Shown here piece by piece: positions 1 through 11,188 of a DNA stretch of 64,000 nucleotides; positions within the stretch are counted from its first letter, which is position 1, and every line of letters starts with the position of its first letter. The stretch comes from Macrostomum lignano. Its lineage: Eukaryota. Location: contig NIVC01001483.1 in NCBI GenBank assembly GCA_002269645.1, forward strand, positions 216,863-280,862. The letters run 5' to 3'. Position numbers and translations under genes: made by a program. Under the pieces are notes generated by a model. It had not been told where the DNA came from and searched no databases. It saw nothing but the letters and a program-made list of their open reading frames with translations.

Positions 1-174
1 AACCATTGAGATCCCCCACCCCAAAACCTGTCCTATTCCTTCTGTTCTCAATCCAACTCCAATAAACACCCCCTTCTGGAAACATTCTGACTTGCAGTCA
101 TCTTTCCCCCACAGAAGGACAACACAAGATAGGTATGAGAAAGGTGAGATAGAAGGGGAAGAAATAGGTGGCCG

Positions 175-420
175 TATACATGCGCAACCATCCTGATTTA
201 CACCAGCCGTGCGACTTACTTATGAAAGAAACCTAAACAACAACTGACGTGATTTCTGTTAAACGGCAGGAGTAACTATGACTGTATTTGTGAAGGCTAA
301 ATGCTTCTCCATCTAGTTAATACTACATGTACGTGTGTATTTCTTCGGATGGGCATTTTTGCGACTTACCTTGGCTGGGCCCCTCGTCAGCTGGTTAGGT
401 GCTGCGCATGTACATGTATG
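175..420. mobile_element. Divergent copy of the CATACATGCGCAAC-TIR MITE family carrying a 28S rRNA-like segment (258-321)
   Basis: Left end TATACATGCGCAACC (175); right end GCTGCGCATGTACATGTATG (420). Flanks AGGTGGCC (166-173) and AGGTGGAC (421-428) form a degenerate 8-bp TSD with a 1-bp offset. It shares the TGCGACTT motifs, GGGCATTTTTGCGACTT and the rRNA-like core with the copies at 25323 and 26851. Confidence 0.75.
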
Positions 421-489
421 AGGTGGACTGAAGTTTAGGGGGGTGGATACAACGCTAGATCACCGAGGACCTGGGGGGGGGGAGGATTG

Positions 490-540
490 GAAGGCTTCGG
501 GGCCGGATTTGGCCCTGGGACCGGAGGTTGCCGACCCCTG
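490..540. mobile_element. Right end of a hAT/Charlie-like non-autonomous element; left end not seen
   Basis: GGGCCGGATTTGGCCC...GGTTGCCGACCCCTG resembles the typical Charlie/MER-type right terminus (TIR CAGGGGTCGGCAA). It is followed by ACCTAAAT, with the central TA typical of hAT targets. Confidence 0.5.
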
Positions 541-599
541 ACCTAAATATAGGCCACAGAATTAAACTTTTTTACTTTCAAACGAAATTGCTTGAGCAT

Positions 600-990
600 A
601 TTAGTTGAGATATTAAGCCCTCGTAACTAACCAAGGCCAACTGTGCTTAATTCGCTAACACATGGAAAAACAAAACTTTAATAATGCAAAATGAGTGCTA
701 GCTTAAAAAATAAGTAATGAAATAACAAAGATTAAAGATACACGTTTTATTAGTTTTCATCAGTAATTACTTCCAGTAAACCATTAAGTAAATGAGTAAA
801 TAGTGACATATCTAGTGATACAGAAATGCGCTAATTACTTGTATATTGTGGTTTCTTTGAAATTCTAAAATAAATTGTAATAAACACTATAAAGATTTTT
901 CCACTTAAGACTAAAGTATTCTTGGTTTATGAGAATCTCGAAGGATAGTTTATGGGAGAACGAAAGGATGTTTAATAGGCGATTCTAAGA
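600..990. repeat. 3' flank of sulfotransferase copy 3, homologous to ~4400-4800 plus ~7110-7160
   Basis: CCCTCGTAACTAACCAAGGCCAACTGTGCTTAA occurs at both ~618 and ~4409, and similarity continues colinearly for about 350 bp. Confidence 0.85.
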
Positions 991-1293
991 TAAGAGGAAA
1001 AGGGTTCTCATACGTGCAAAAATATTGTATATAAAAACGTTTAATGTAACAAAGTTATGCAATGCGAATTTATTTCAATTGTGATCACGAAAAGTTCATT
1101 GATTCAGATTTTTTTTGAGAAAAGCTGTGAAATTTGTTAAAAATAAAACTTATTGTAATTTAAACAACAAATTCTGCTCTAAAAACTCTCAGATAAAGCG
1201 TATCCATTAGGAACTTTTTTAACCACAAAGTCTTGTAGCATTATAAAATCGTGTTAACTGATAGTTAATTAACTAATACAGTATAGCTTAAGA

Positions 1294-2960
1294 AGCCTTC
1301 ATATTGCATAGGTCAGGCAAACCTACGCAGACAGCACTTCAGACCGAACCAGCAGCCTTCATATTGTATAGGTCAGGCAAACCTACGCAGACAGCACTTC
1401 AGACCGAACCAGCAGCCTTCATATTGTATAGGTCAGGCAAACCTACGGAGACAGCACTTCAGACCGAACCAGCAGCCTTCATATTGTATAGGTCAGGCAA
1501 ACCTACGGAGACAGCACTTCAGACCGAACCAGCAGCCTTCATATTGCTTAGGTCAAGCAAACCTACGCAGACAGCACTTCAGACCAAACCAGCAGCCTTC
1601 TATTGTATAGGTCAAGCAAACCTACGCAGACAGCACTTCAGACCGAACCAGCAGCCTTCTATTGTATAGGTCAGGCAAACCTACGCAGACAGCACTTCAG
1701 ACCGAACCAGCAGCCTTCATATTGTATAGGTCAGGCAAACCTACGCAGACAGCACTTCAGACCGAACCAGCAGCCTTCATATTGTATAGGTCAGGCAAAC
1801 CTACGCAGACAGCACTTCAGACCCAACCAGCAGCCTTCATATTGTATAGGTCAGGCAAACCTACGGAGACAGCACTTCAGACCGAACCAGCAGCCTTCAT
1901 ATTGTATAGGTCAGGCAAACCTACGGAGACAGCACTTCAGACCGAACCAGCAGCCTTCATATTGCTTAGGTCAAGCAAACCTACGCAGACAGCATTTCAG
2001 ACCAAACCAGCAGCCTTCTATTGTATAGGTCAAGCAAACCTACGCAGACAGCACTTCAGACCGAACCAGCAGCCTTCTATTGTATAGGTCAGGCAAACCT
2101 ACGCAGACAGCACTTCAGACCGAACCAGCAGCCTTCATATTGTATAGGTCAGGCAAACCTACGCAGACAGCACTTCAGACCGAACCAGCAGCCTTCATAT
2201 TGTATAGGTCAGGCAAACCTACGCAGACAGCACTTCAGACCCAACCAGCAGCCTTCATATTGTATAGGTCAGGCAAACCTACGGAGACAGCACTTCAGAC
2301 CGAACCAGCAGCCTTCATATTGTATAGGTCAGGCAAACCTACGGAGACAGCACTTCAGACCGAACCAGCAGCCTTCATATTGCTTAGGTCAAGCAAACCT
2401 ACGCAGACAGCACTTCAGACCGAACCAGCAGCCTTCTATTGTATAGGTCAGGCAAACCTACGCAGACAGCACTTCAGACCGAACCAGCAGCCTTCTATTG
2501 TATAGGTCAGGCAAACCTACGCAGACAGCACTTCAGACCGAACCAGCAGCCTTCTATTGTATAGGTCAAGCAAACCTACGCAGACAGCACTTCAGACCGA
2601 ACCAGCAGCCTTCTATTGTATAGGTCAGGCAAACCTACGCAGACAGCACTTCAGACCGAACCAGCAGCCTTCTATTGTATAGGTCAAGCAAACCTACGCA
2701 GACAGCACTTCAGACCGAACCAGCAGCCTTCTATTGTATAGGTCAGGCAAACCTACGCAGACAGCACTTTACACCGAACCAGCAGCCTTCTATTGTATAG
2801 GTCAAGCAAACCTACGCAGACAGCACTTCACACCGAACCAGCAGCCTTCTATTGTATAGGTCAAGCAAACCTACGCAGACAGCACTTAACACCGAACCAG
2901 CAGCCTTCTATTGTATAGGTCAAGCAAACCTACGGAGACAGCACTTCAGACCAAACCAGA
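1294..2960. repeat. 59/60-bp tandem minisatellite, about 28 copies, built from the last codons and stop of the adjacent sulfotransferase gene
   Basis: Unit TATTGTATAGGTCAGGCAAACCTACGCAGACAGCACTTCAGACCGAACCAGCAGCCTTC(A). Its reverse complement reads W-F-G-L-K-C-C-L-R-R-F-A-stop, the same as the gene's C-terminus. Confidence 0.95.
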
Positions 2961-3696
2961 CAGCAAGGCCCACAGCCGAGCAGAAGCCGAAATTAGCAAG
3001 AGCACTAATTGTGTAAAAGCCAATGGCTTTCTTCTGGAATTCAGCAGTATCATTCACATTTGGAAACGGTACATCGGGTACCGGCAGCTCCAGGAAGTTG
3101 CACAATGGTTCCCAACCATCCGAAACTCGAAACACTAACAGTCGCTCTTTGGGAATAGTTCGAATCACCGCCTCGGTGTGACGGTTAAACGCTTCAATCA
3201 ATTCTTTGTCTGTCATGTCCACTCGAATACCCAATCGCGAGTCGAAGATGTTGTGATGCAACGGCAGAAAGTAGGTCAGATTGAGAAGCCACAACGATGG
3301 GGCCAGCATACAACCCATAGCCTTCATACCCTTAAAGATGGTACTGCGAACGCTCTCAACCCATCGTTGGGGATCGCGAACGCTCAGCACGAACTTGGCA
3401 TTGGGATAAATCTTGAGTAGCTCAGGATAGAAAGCCGCTACAGGAAAGTCTGTTGTAGCAACAAAACCGTCAAAGATTTGGTCAGCCAGCTGTTTTGTTA
3501 AACCCTCTTTGGCAGCCTGATTCCACAGCTTCAAGTGGTGTCGCTTCTGTTTCATGATTACGAACATATGGTAGCACCGGCCGCCAAGCAGAATCTCTAG
3601 CGCCTTCATCTGCGAGTTGGTGCCAGTTCGCATCAGGCCAACACCAAACACCAATGGACCCGTAGTGGACTGTTGCAACTTGCTATCAAGAGACAT
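2920..3696 (-). CDS. Sulfotransferase, Sulfotransfer_4 / Schistosoma SULT-OR-like (258 aa), intronless, tandem copy 3
   Basis: PAPS-binding loop GVGLMRTGTNS, CYHM, TDFP, KFVLSVRDP.RW, GWEPLCNFL and FPNVND motifs. The ATG at 3696 (MSLDSK) gives the same length as the paralogs; the ORF-track extension to 3807 starts at GTG. Confidence 0.9.
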   Translation of the reverse strand: MSLDSKLQQSTTGPLVFGVGLMRTGTNSQMKALEILLGGRCYHMFVIMKQKRHHLKLWNQAAKEGLTKQLADQIFDGFVATTDFPVAAFYPELLKIYPNAKFVLSVRDPQRWVESVRSTIFKGMKAMGCMLAPSLWLLNLTYFLPLHHNIFDSRLGIRVDMTDKELIEAFNRHTEAVIRTIPKERLLVFRVSDGWEPLCNFLELPVPDVPFPNVNDTAEFQKKAIGFYTISALANFGFCSAVGLAVWFGLKCCLRRFA

Positions 3697-4789
3697 TGCG
3701 CTTGCTTGCGATTCAGTTGATGTTAAACAATAAAAAACGATAGCATGAATTAGTGCGCAAAGGTTACGCTTAGCTCTGCGGCACTGTGGTGGTCGCAACT
3801 CAGCCACGGATACTAGAATAACTAGACTAGATTAGCCACTCAGCAAATTTGCGTGTAAGCTACTTTCAGTTCAGTAGTAAGTTAAACTGAAGCATTTTAA
3901 TGTAATTTCTAAAAGACAAGGTTTATTTATTGGCTCTTACACCCCCAAGCTTAAACCCTCAAACTCCACACGGAACCTCTACCCCCGCCCCACCGCCCAA
4001 TTTTTATTACCCTACTCGGTTGTTCCAATCTAAATCAGCCATGTACATTTCAGTGGCTAATGTACATTATGGCTGAACCAATTAGCAAGCTGTTTACGCC
4101 TGCAAGCTTTGGCTTCTAAACTTATCGAAGTCATTTCAGCTGCCATTATTTTTATAAAATAACGTACGTATTCTTTATTGCTACTGAACTGAAAGTAGAA
4201 AGCTGTTTTACCAAGTATATATGACTGAGTGGCCCATTTAGTTATTCTAGTATCTGTGCTCACACCCAAAAAATTAATTTTCAACTTTTGGAGATAAAAA
4301 CGTTCAAGTACGAATGCACTCGTACCAGACTTTTCAAAATCCATTTTTACTTTTATGAAGATTCTAAGATATACAGCTACATTTGAGCTGGGTGACGAAC
4401 TTGCTTAAACCCTCGTAACTAACCAAGGCCAACTGTGCTTAACTTAATTCGCTAACACATGGAGGAACAAAACTTCAATGCAAAATGAGTGCTAGCTTGA
4501 AAAAAAATTAGCAAAGAAATAACAAACAGACTAAAGATACACGTTCTATTAGTTTCCATTAGTAACTAGAAATAAAATGGACACGCTGTACTTTTTTTGC
4601 AAATTGTAAACTAAAATAATAACAGTATAGAATGGTATAATACCGTGACTAGGTATAGCAATGGAAATGAATAAATATTAACATATCTAGTGATAAAGAA
4701 ATGCGCTAATTATATTGTGGTTTCTTTAAAATAGATTGTAACTATTCAGATTTTTACCGCGTAAAGTATTATTGGTTATTGGGATATTC

Positions 4790-7130
4790 CTGAAGGATGG
4801 TTTATGGGATATTCCTGAAGGATGGTTTATGGGAGAATCCTGAAGGATGGTTTATGGGAGATTTTTGAAGGATGATTTATGGGAGAATCCTGAAGGATGG
4901 TTTATGGGAGAATCCTGAAGGATGGTTTATGGGAGATTTTTGAAGGATGATTTATGGGAGAATCCTGAAGGATGGTTTATGGGAGATTTTTGAAGGATGA
5001 TTTATGGGAGAATCCTGAAGGATGGTTTATGGGAGATTTTTGAAGGATGGTTTATGGGAGAATCCTGAAGGATGGTTTATGGGAGATTTTTGAAGGATGG
5101 TTTATGGGAGAATCCTGAAGGATGGTTTATGGGAGTTTTTTGAAGGATGGTTTATGGGAGATTTTTGAAGGATGGTTTATGGGAGAATCCTAAAGGATGG
5201 TTTATGGGATATTCCTGAAGGATGGTTTATGGGAGATTTTTGAAGGATGATTTATGGGAGAATCCTGAAGGATGGTTTATGGGAGATTTTTTAAGGATGG
5301 TTTATGGGAGAATCCTGAAGGATGGTTTATGGGAGATTTTTGAAGGATGATTTATGGGAGAATCCTGAAGGATGGTTTATGGGAGATTTTTGAAGGATGA
5401 TTTATGGGAGAATCCTGAAGGATGGTTTATGGGAGATTTTTGAAGGATGGTTTATGGGAGAATCCTGAAGGATGGTTTATGGGAGTTTTTTGAAGGATGG
5501 TTTATGGGAGATTTTTTAAGGATGGTTTATGGGAGAATCCTGAAGGATGGTTTATGGGAGATTTTTGAAGGATGGTTTATGGGAGATTTTTGAAGGATGG
5601 TTTATGGGAGATTTTTGAAGGATGGTTTATGGGAGAATCCTGAAGGATGATTTATGGGAGAATCCTAAAGGATGGTTTATGGGAGATTTTTGAAGGATGG
5701 TTTATGGGAGATTTTTGAAGGATGATTTATGGGAGAATCCTGAAGGATGGTTTATGGGAGATTTTTGAAGGATGATTTATGGGAGAATCCTGAAGGATGG
5801 TTTATGGGAGATTTTTGAAGGATGGTTTATGGGAGAATCCTGAAGGATGGTTTATGGGAGATTTTTGAAGGATGGTTTATGGGATATTCCTGAAGGATGG
5901 TTTATGGGAGATTTTTGAAGGATGGTTTATGGGAGATTTTTGAAGGATGGTTTATGGGAGAATCCTGAAGGATGGTTTATGGGAGATTTTTGAAGGATGG
6001 TTTATGGGAGATTTTTGAAGGATGGTTTATGGGAGAATCCTGAAGGATGATTTATGGGAGAATCCTAAAGGATGGTTTATGGGAGATTTTTGAAGGATGG
6101 TTTATGGGATATTCCTGAAGGATGGTTTATGGGAGAATCCTGAAGGATGGTTTATGGGAGATTTTTGAAGGATGATTTATGGGAGAATCCTGAAGGATGA
6201 TTTATGGGAGAATCCTAAAGGATGGTTTATGGGAGATTTTTGAAGGATGGTTTATGGGAGATTTTTGAAGGATGGTTTATGGGAGAATCCTAAAGGATGG
6301 TTTATGGGAGATTTTTGAAGGATGGTTTATGGGAGAATCCTGAAGGATGGTTTATGGGAGATTTTTGAAGGATGGTTTATGGGAGATTTTTGAAGGATGA
6401 TTTATGGGAGAATCCTGAAGGATGGTTTATGGGAGAATCCTGAAGGATGGTTTATGGGAGATTTTTGAAGGATGGTTTATGGGAGAATCCTGAAGGATGG
6501 TTTATGGGAGATTTTTGAAGGATGGTTTATGGGAGATTTTTGAAGGATGATTTATGGGAGAATCCTAAAGGATGGTTTATGGGAGAATCCTGAAGGATGG
6601 TTTATGGGAGAATCCTGAAGGATGGTTTATGGGAGATTTTTGAAGGATGATTTATGGGAGAATCCTGAAGGATGATTTATGGGAGAATCCTAAAGGATGG
6701 TTTATGGGAGATTTTTGAAGGATGGTTTATGGGAGATTTTTGAAGGATGATTTATGGGAGAATCCTGAAGGATGGTTTATGGGAGATTTTTGAAGGATGA
6801 TTTATGGGAGAATCCTGAAGGATGGTTTATGGGAGATTTTTGAAGGATGGTTTATGGGAGAATCCTGAAGGATGGTTTATGGGAGTTTTTTGAAGGATGG
6901 TTTATGGGATATTCCTGAAGGATGGTTTATGGGAGATTTTTGAAGGATGATTTATGGGAGAATCCTGAAGGATGGTTTATGGGAGATTTTTGAAGGATGG
7001 TTTATGGGATATTCCTGAAGGATGGTTTATGGGAGATTTTTGAAGGATGGTTTATGGGAGAATCCTAAAGGATGGTTTATGGGAGAATCCTGAAGGATGG
7101 TTTATGGGAGAATCATGAAGGATGACTTAT
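4790..7130. repeat. 25-bp tandem minisatellite GAAGGATGGTTTATGGGAG(AATCCT/ATTTTT), about 90 copies
   Basis: Directly visible tandem array with alternating variant units. Confidence 0.97.
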
Positions 7131-7215
7131 AGTAGATTCTTAAGCCGACAAAACCAACAAGAGGAGGCAATGCACTTAAGTCGTGAACTTATTGATAAAA
7201 AATATTTTGCAAATG

Positions 7216-7995
7216 TCAAACAAACCGGCGCAGAGCGAACTTCAACCCAAACCAGACAATCGCCCCAGCAACCGAGCAGACAGCCAAATTAGTAGTGACA
7301 CTGGCCATATCGATGAAGTGAGCAAAGAACACAAACTCATTAGTGTCTTTAATATGCGGAAACGGTCGATCGGGCACAGGTACACCCAGGTAGCTGCACA
7401 GAGGCTCCCAACCATCGGTGACTCGATAGATCAACAGTCGATCTTTAGGAATCGTTCTTTGTACAGCTTCAGCATGCCGTTCAAAAGCAGCGGTCATCTC
7501 CGCTTCAGTCATGTCAAAATTGAACACGAATCTAGATTGAAATATAGCATCGTGTAACAGTTGGAAGTAGCTGAGATCCCACAGCCACCGAGTCAGAGGT
7601 AACATCCGGCCCACAGCTCGATAGACACGACCAATAGTCAGTTTCATGCTATTCGACCAACGCTTGGGATCGCGAAGGCTTAAAATGAACTTCGCCTCGG
7701 GATAAATCTGCGCCAACTCGGCGTAAAACATTGCCGTAGGAAAATCTGCTGCCGCAACAAAACCGTCAAATATTTGATCGGCTAGTTCTTTAGTCAGGCC
7801 CTGAGTAGCGGCTCTGTGCCACAGTTTGAAATGATCCCGCCTCTCAGACATTATCACCTGCATGTGATAGCAACGACCGTTTAGAAGTCTCTCCAAGGCT
7901 TTCATCTGCGAATTGGTGCCAGTTCGCATCAGACCTGTGCATATCACTTTTGGCCCACCCTGCGACTGCTCACTTTGAGTATCCGGTTCTGTCAT
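7216..7995 (-). CDS. Sulfotransferase, Sulfotransfer_4 / SULT-OR-like (259 aa), intronless, tandem copy 2
   Basis: CTGLMRTGTNS, CYHM, ADFP, KFILSLRDP.RW, GWEPLCSYL and FPHIKD motifs, plus a hydrophobic C-terminal tail. Confidence 0.92.
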   Translation of the reverse strand: MTEPDTQSEQSQGGPKVICTGLMRTGTNSQMKALERLLNGRCYHMQVIMSERRDHFKLWHRAATQGLTKELADQIFDGFVAAADFPTAMFYAELAQIYPEAKFILSLRDPKRWSNSMKLTIGRVYRAVGRMLPLTRWLWDLSYFQLLHDAIFQSRFVFNFDMTEAEMTAAFERHAEAVQRTIPKDRLLIYRVTDGWEPLCSYLGVPVPDRPFPHIKDTNEFVFFAHFIDMASVTTNLAVCSVAGAIVWFGLKFALRRFV

Positions 7996-8129
7996 GAGTA
8001 GTTTCGATTTTTTTTGCTGGTCTGCTTTTGATTTGCTGAAATAGAGATTTATATATTGTTTAGGGAATTTTGTGAAGAAACAAAAAAGACCATCCTTTAT
8101 GAATAAAAATAAATGGTAATTAGACTCTT

Positions 8130-8470
8130 GTAAGGAATTAGATGAGACTGTTAGGGGGAATAAGAGACTCTTGATGGCGAATTAGAGGACACTTCTGAGG
8201 GGAATTAGAGGAGACTTTTGAGGAAAATTAGATGAGAATCTTGAGGGGAATTAGATGACAATCTTTAGGGGAATTAGATGAGACTCTTGAGGGAAATTAG
8301 AAGACACTATTGATGGGAATTAGAGGAGACTCTTGAGAGGAATTAGAGGGCACTATTTAGGGGAATTAGAGAAGACTCTTAAGGAGAATTAAAAAGAGGC
8401 TTACAAGGGGAATTAGGAAACTTTCAAGGAGAATTAGAGGAAGCTCTTAAATGGAATTAGTGACTCTAGA
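8130..8470. repeat. Degenerate ~22-bp minisatellite (GAGACTCTTGAGGGGAATTAGA)
   Basis: About 15 imperfect tandem copies between sulfotransferase copies 1 and 2. Confidence 0.8.
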
Positions 8471-8693
8471 GAGAAATTATAAATGTCCATTGATGAAAAT
8501 CAGAGGATTGACATAGTGAAAATACTAAAATGTTTACAATAATAAATCTCATATGGTATCGACGTGATAAAGGCTGTTGAAAAATTATTTATTCAAATAA
8601 ATAATCAGTTAAGATTTAAAAACTCCTATCAATAACTATAAAAATGAATAATTATTCCATTGAGTTAATTGCACAAAAATTCAATTGAGATTG

Positions 8694-9488
8694 CTAGCTC
8701 TGAGCACAGGTAGAGGACCGCAGCAAGTATTTAACACCAACCCAGACACCTCCAAAGACAGCTGAACAAACTGCTAAATTAAGCAGAGGCCCGACAATCT
8801 TGAGCCCGACAATTGTTTCTAAGAATCGTTTCGTATCGTTCAGATGAGGAAACGGTTCGTTCGAAGGCACGGGCAGCTCCAGGAACTTACACAACGGTTC
8901 CCAACCGTCTGACACTCGAAATACCAACAGTCTCTCCTTCGGTATGGTTCGAATCACTGTGTCATTGTGACGGTTAAACGCGTCGATCATTTCCGCATCA
9001 GACATGTCAAAATTGAAGCCCAAACGAGAGCCCAGCACAGCGTCACTCAGAGGCAAGTAGTGAGACAGTCCCAGAAGCCATCGCACTGGCGGTAGCATGT
9101 ACTCAACTGTCAGTTTAGACTGCAGAATGGTAGCCCGGACACTTCTCACCCAATCGGTTGGATCGCGAATGCTCAGTACAAACTTGGCGTCAGGATAAAT
9201 CTGCATCAATTCCTTGTAGAAGTGAGCAGCTGGAAAGTCTGTACAAGCCAGAAAGTCGTCAAATATTTCCTCAGCCAATTCTTTGCTCAAGCCTTGGATA
9301 GCAGCTCGATGCCACAGCTGCAGATGTGACAGCTTCTCTTCCATCACAATGTCCATATGATAGCAGCGGCCGCCAAGCAGCATCTCCAGCGCCTTCATCT
9401 GCGAATTGGTGCCAGTTCGCATCAGGCCAGCGCCAATCACACGAAGACCAGCTGAAGATTTGTTTTTCCTACTAGCAGCAGAAGACAT
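8694..9488 (-). CDS. Sulfotransferase, Sulfotransfer_4 / SULT-OR-like (264 aa), intronless, tandem copy 1
   Basis: VIGAGLMRTGTNS, CYHM, TDFP, KFVLSIRDP.DW, GWEPLCKFL and FPHLND motifs, plus a hydrophobic C-terminal tail. Confidence 0.93.
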   Translation of the reverse strand: MSSAASRKNKSSAGLRVIGAGLMRTGTNSQMKALEMLLGGRCYHMDIVMEEKLSHLQLWHRAAIQGLSKELAEEIFDDFLACTDFPAAHFYKELMQIYPDAKFVLSIRDPTDWVRSVRATILQSKLTVEYMLPPVRWLLGLSHYLPLSDAVLGSRLGFNFDMSDAEMIDAFNRHNDTVIRTIPKERLLVFRVSDGWEPLCKFLELPVPSNEPFPHLNDTKRFLETIVGLKIVGPLLNLAVCSAVFGGVWVGVKYLLRSSTCAQS

Positions 9489-10015
9489 CAGTTTTGCCTG
9501 ATTTAATGTTCTTTTTCAGAAACTGTAATTTGAGATTTTTTGTCGCTATTGATGTTAAAATTTCACGTGAAGTTGGTGAATTTCGAATCGTGTTAGATGG
9601 GATCGCTCACTAAATTTCTCAGTACATAAATTATGCTTCAATTTCAAGACCCCTTTTCTGGATGGGGTATTACTTCAGAATTGAAACTTAACAAAGTTAT
9701 TGCTAATAACCTATAAAGAGTCTTGCAGAAGGCATAATGTGGCAGAAATATTAGATATAATTGCTCTCAAATGAATATTTAATTCTGTTTTCTCTGTTAT
9801 TCTGGAAAAAGTACGATATGGCTGCAACTACAAAAGTTTCATCAACTAACTACTAACGAGTTTGTGTACTACATGGATTGTAATAATTAAATGTTACTCA
9901 TTAACTTGTATATCATCAATAAATGCCTGTACAATGACTTGAACTGAGTATGGATAAACTATAATAAAAATTTCTATTTATTGGATAGATAGAAATTGAC
10001 CCACTTGGAACAATT

Positions 10016-10228
10016 TATGTCCTTGAGTAAGACACTTAACTCTGCATTGCTTCAGTTCACTCAGCTGTAAAATGGGTGCAAAACTGGGCGCCCCCCCCCC
10101 CAGTCCTTGGACTGAACAGCCGTACGCAGCCTTCAGATGCGCCGCGCAATAGCTGCGGCTGAGCTGTCGGTTGCAAACTTGCCCATCAAGGCAGGTGTAA
10201 TCTGTTATTATTATAATTATAATTATTT
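10016..10228 (+). mobile_element. 5'-truncated SINE with a CORE-like domain
   Basis: TGTCCTTGAGTAAGACACTTAACTCTGCATTGCTTCAGTTCACTCAGCTGTAAAATGGG resembles the MIR/CORE consensus (CCTTGGGCAAGTTACTTAACCTCTCTGTGCCTCAGTTTCCTCATCTGTAAAATGGG). It ends in an (ATT)n-like tail at ~10205-10228. Confidence 0.6.
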
Positions 10229-11188
10229 TTTTTATCTATTAGATTCTAAAAATAGTAATAATAGCATCTAAAATCAGATTTCATCACTGAATGTCTACTT
10301 CACGTGGACAGTGACCCTTAATTGGTTTTGAAGTTGTTATAGAAAAATTGGACAAGTGGACAAAAATTATCTTATCTATCACTAATTCAATCAATCAAAA
10401 TAAAGGAAAATAAGAGCAAGTCAAATAAAAGAGAAAACAGAAAAGTGATGCATATTTTTTATTTTTAGATGCAAATAAACTACACCTAATTCTATAACAT
10501 ATATATATATATATATATATTATCCAATGGGTAATTATACAATTATTACACAGGTAAAGACAGTCACGTGTTAGTAAATTCATAGCTCCTCTAGTTTTGT
10601 TTTTAAGATAGAATAAGGAGAAACAGCAAAACACTTAGTCAAGATAATAATATAGATATAGCCTAAACTAAGGTCGATTTTTTACACAAGAAATACTTTT
10701 GCCCCAAAATAAAAACTCTACTAATAGTAATGGTATCGCGTGTTACTATTCAAATTAAATTAATTCCTGTTACACGTAGATCGGGGGGGGATTTCACAGC
10801 AGCCACTTGTCGACTGGCTCTCATGGACCAGCTGGGAACCAACAATCGAAATCCAGCGTTTGTTTTATTTTGAGTCGCCCCAGAGTAGTTTCGGAGTCGT
10901 TGCAGGTAACATAGGTAAACTAGGAAAGAAGCGACTCTAGACGACTCTGGGGACCGTAGGGTCGGTATCGAAGGTGTGCCAGAGTCTATAACAACTCTAT
11001 TTAGAGTACAATTGGATTTAGTAGAAAGTTGAGCGCCAACCCAGACTTAAGCATCTGGGTTATTTATTATTTTTTTAAAATCTGAGACTACCTTTGCAGC
11101 TAAAACCAACAAAACACGCATGCTAAAGTCCACCTTAAAATATTGTTTTTAGTATCGTATTTTCAGTTTTAAAACTCTTTTTTTAAGT

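Noticed and set aside
1304-2505. Plus-strand ORFs in the 59/60-bp array, and CRISPR-like appearance
   Set aside because: Pure tandem repeats without unique spacers, no cas genes, and a eukaryotic context; the ORFs are repeat read-through.
3697-3807. N-terminal extension of the sulfotransferase predicted by the ORF track
   Set aside because: It starts at GTG; the ATG at 3696 matches paralog length and alignment.
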